Program-made: the position numbers and the translations under genes | Part shown: in pieces, positions 50,300 through 50,812 of the stretch | Layout: every line of letters starts with the position of its first letter | Numbering within the stretch: the first letter of the stretch is position 1 | Source of the DNA: an uncultured Rhodanobacteraceae bacterium | Lineage (GTDB): Bacteria; Pseudomonadota; Gammaproteobacteria; Xanthomonadales; Rhodanobacteraceae | Assembly: GCA_964509025.1 (NCBI GenBank) | Contig: CAZDWH010000001.1 | Coordinates: 1-50,812 of the forward strand | DNA: 50,812 nt | Reading direction: 5' to 3' | The notes under the pieces: model-generated | Told to the model about the DNA's origin: nothing | The model's input: the letters and a program-made list of their open reading frames with translations, nothing else | Database searches by the model: none

Positions 50300-50812
50300 A
50301 TGACTGCTTCCCCCAACGTCTTCGACGCGACTGAACAGAATTTTGAAAGCGACGTGCTGCAGGCCTCTCTGACAACGCCCGTGCTCGTGGATTTCTGGGC
50401 GCCTTGGTGCGGACCGTGCAAGACGCTCGGCCCGATCCTCGAGAAAGTCGTCGACGATTACGCCGGCGCGCTCAAGCTCGCGAAGGTCGATACCGATACG
50501 CAGATGCAGCTCGCGGCCGCGTTCGGCATCCGCAGCCTGCCGACCGTCGTGATGGTCAAGGGTGGGCAGATGATCGATGGCTTCATGGGCGCGTTGCCGG
50601 AATCGGGCGTGCGCCAGTTCGTCGAAAAACACCTCGGCAAACCGGAAGTGGCGCCGGCCGAGCCCGAGCCGCCGGTAGACGAAACGCCGCAGCAGGCAGT
50701 CTCGCGGCTCAAGGCAGAAATCGCCGCACACGCCGACAAGCCCGAATTGCAGCTCGACCTCGTGCTCGCACAGCTGCGCGCGGGCGACGCCGACGCAGCA
50801 CGGGCGCAGCTC
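50300..50812 (+). CDS. Thioredoxin-domain chaperone (YbbN/CnoX-like), 3' end runs off the window
   Basis: Not in the ORF track. Manual translation MTASPNVFDATEQNFESDVLQASLTTPVLVDFWAPWCGPCKTLGP; the frame continues past the Trx domain into a helical region. Confidence 0.9.
   Translation, partial: MTASPNVFDATEQNFESDVLQASLTTPVLVDFWAPWCGPCKTLGPILEKVVDDYAGALKLAKVDTDTQMQLAAAFGIRSLPTVVMVKGGQMIDGFMGALPESGVRQFVEKHLGKPEVAPAEPEPPVDETPQQAVSRLKAEIAAHADKPELQLDLVLAQLRAGDADAARAQL

Overview
GC-rich gammaproteobacterial chromosome segment. Gene content and order suggest Xanthomonadales, probably Rhodanobacteraceae (inference). Left: the conserved leuS-lptE-holA-nadD-rsfS-rlmH-maf-rng cluster, interrupted by a SAM methyltransferase, a MASE1-GGDEF-EAL gene and a MITE-like repeat. 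Divergent from leuS is the most striking locus (11645-18490): ECF sigma, membrane anti-sigma, secreted protein, signal-peptide-bearing TPR-CHAT (caspase-like) protease and lipoprotein. A shared TGAGACA-N15-GCTCC motif precedes the anti-sigma and lipoprotein genes, and the core of the locus is a lower-GC cassette. Next are an amidohydrolase, a Ser/Thr kinase-TPR receptor with a small convergent ORF, and a putative PHB/3-hydroxybutyrate utilization locus (CrbS/CrbR-like two-component system, depolymerase, MFS, TonB receptor, GntP-type permease) carrying three copies of an 18-bp operator. Then a porin, an MNIO (DUF692) RiPP cluster with an unusual KGKEGSCS-repeat precursor, rnt, cysK, rlmB-rnr, an MBOAT pair, tRNA-Leu(CAG) and a partial thioredoxin/CnoX. 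A 75-bp palindromic module occurs three times, each inserted at GGAT^TCC inside another repeat. No CRISPR array, rRNA, integrase or transposase was seen. Family assignments come from motif recognition by eye; no database searches were run.
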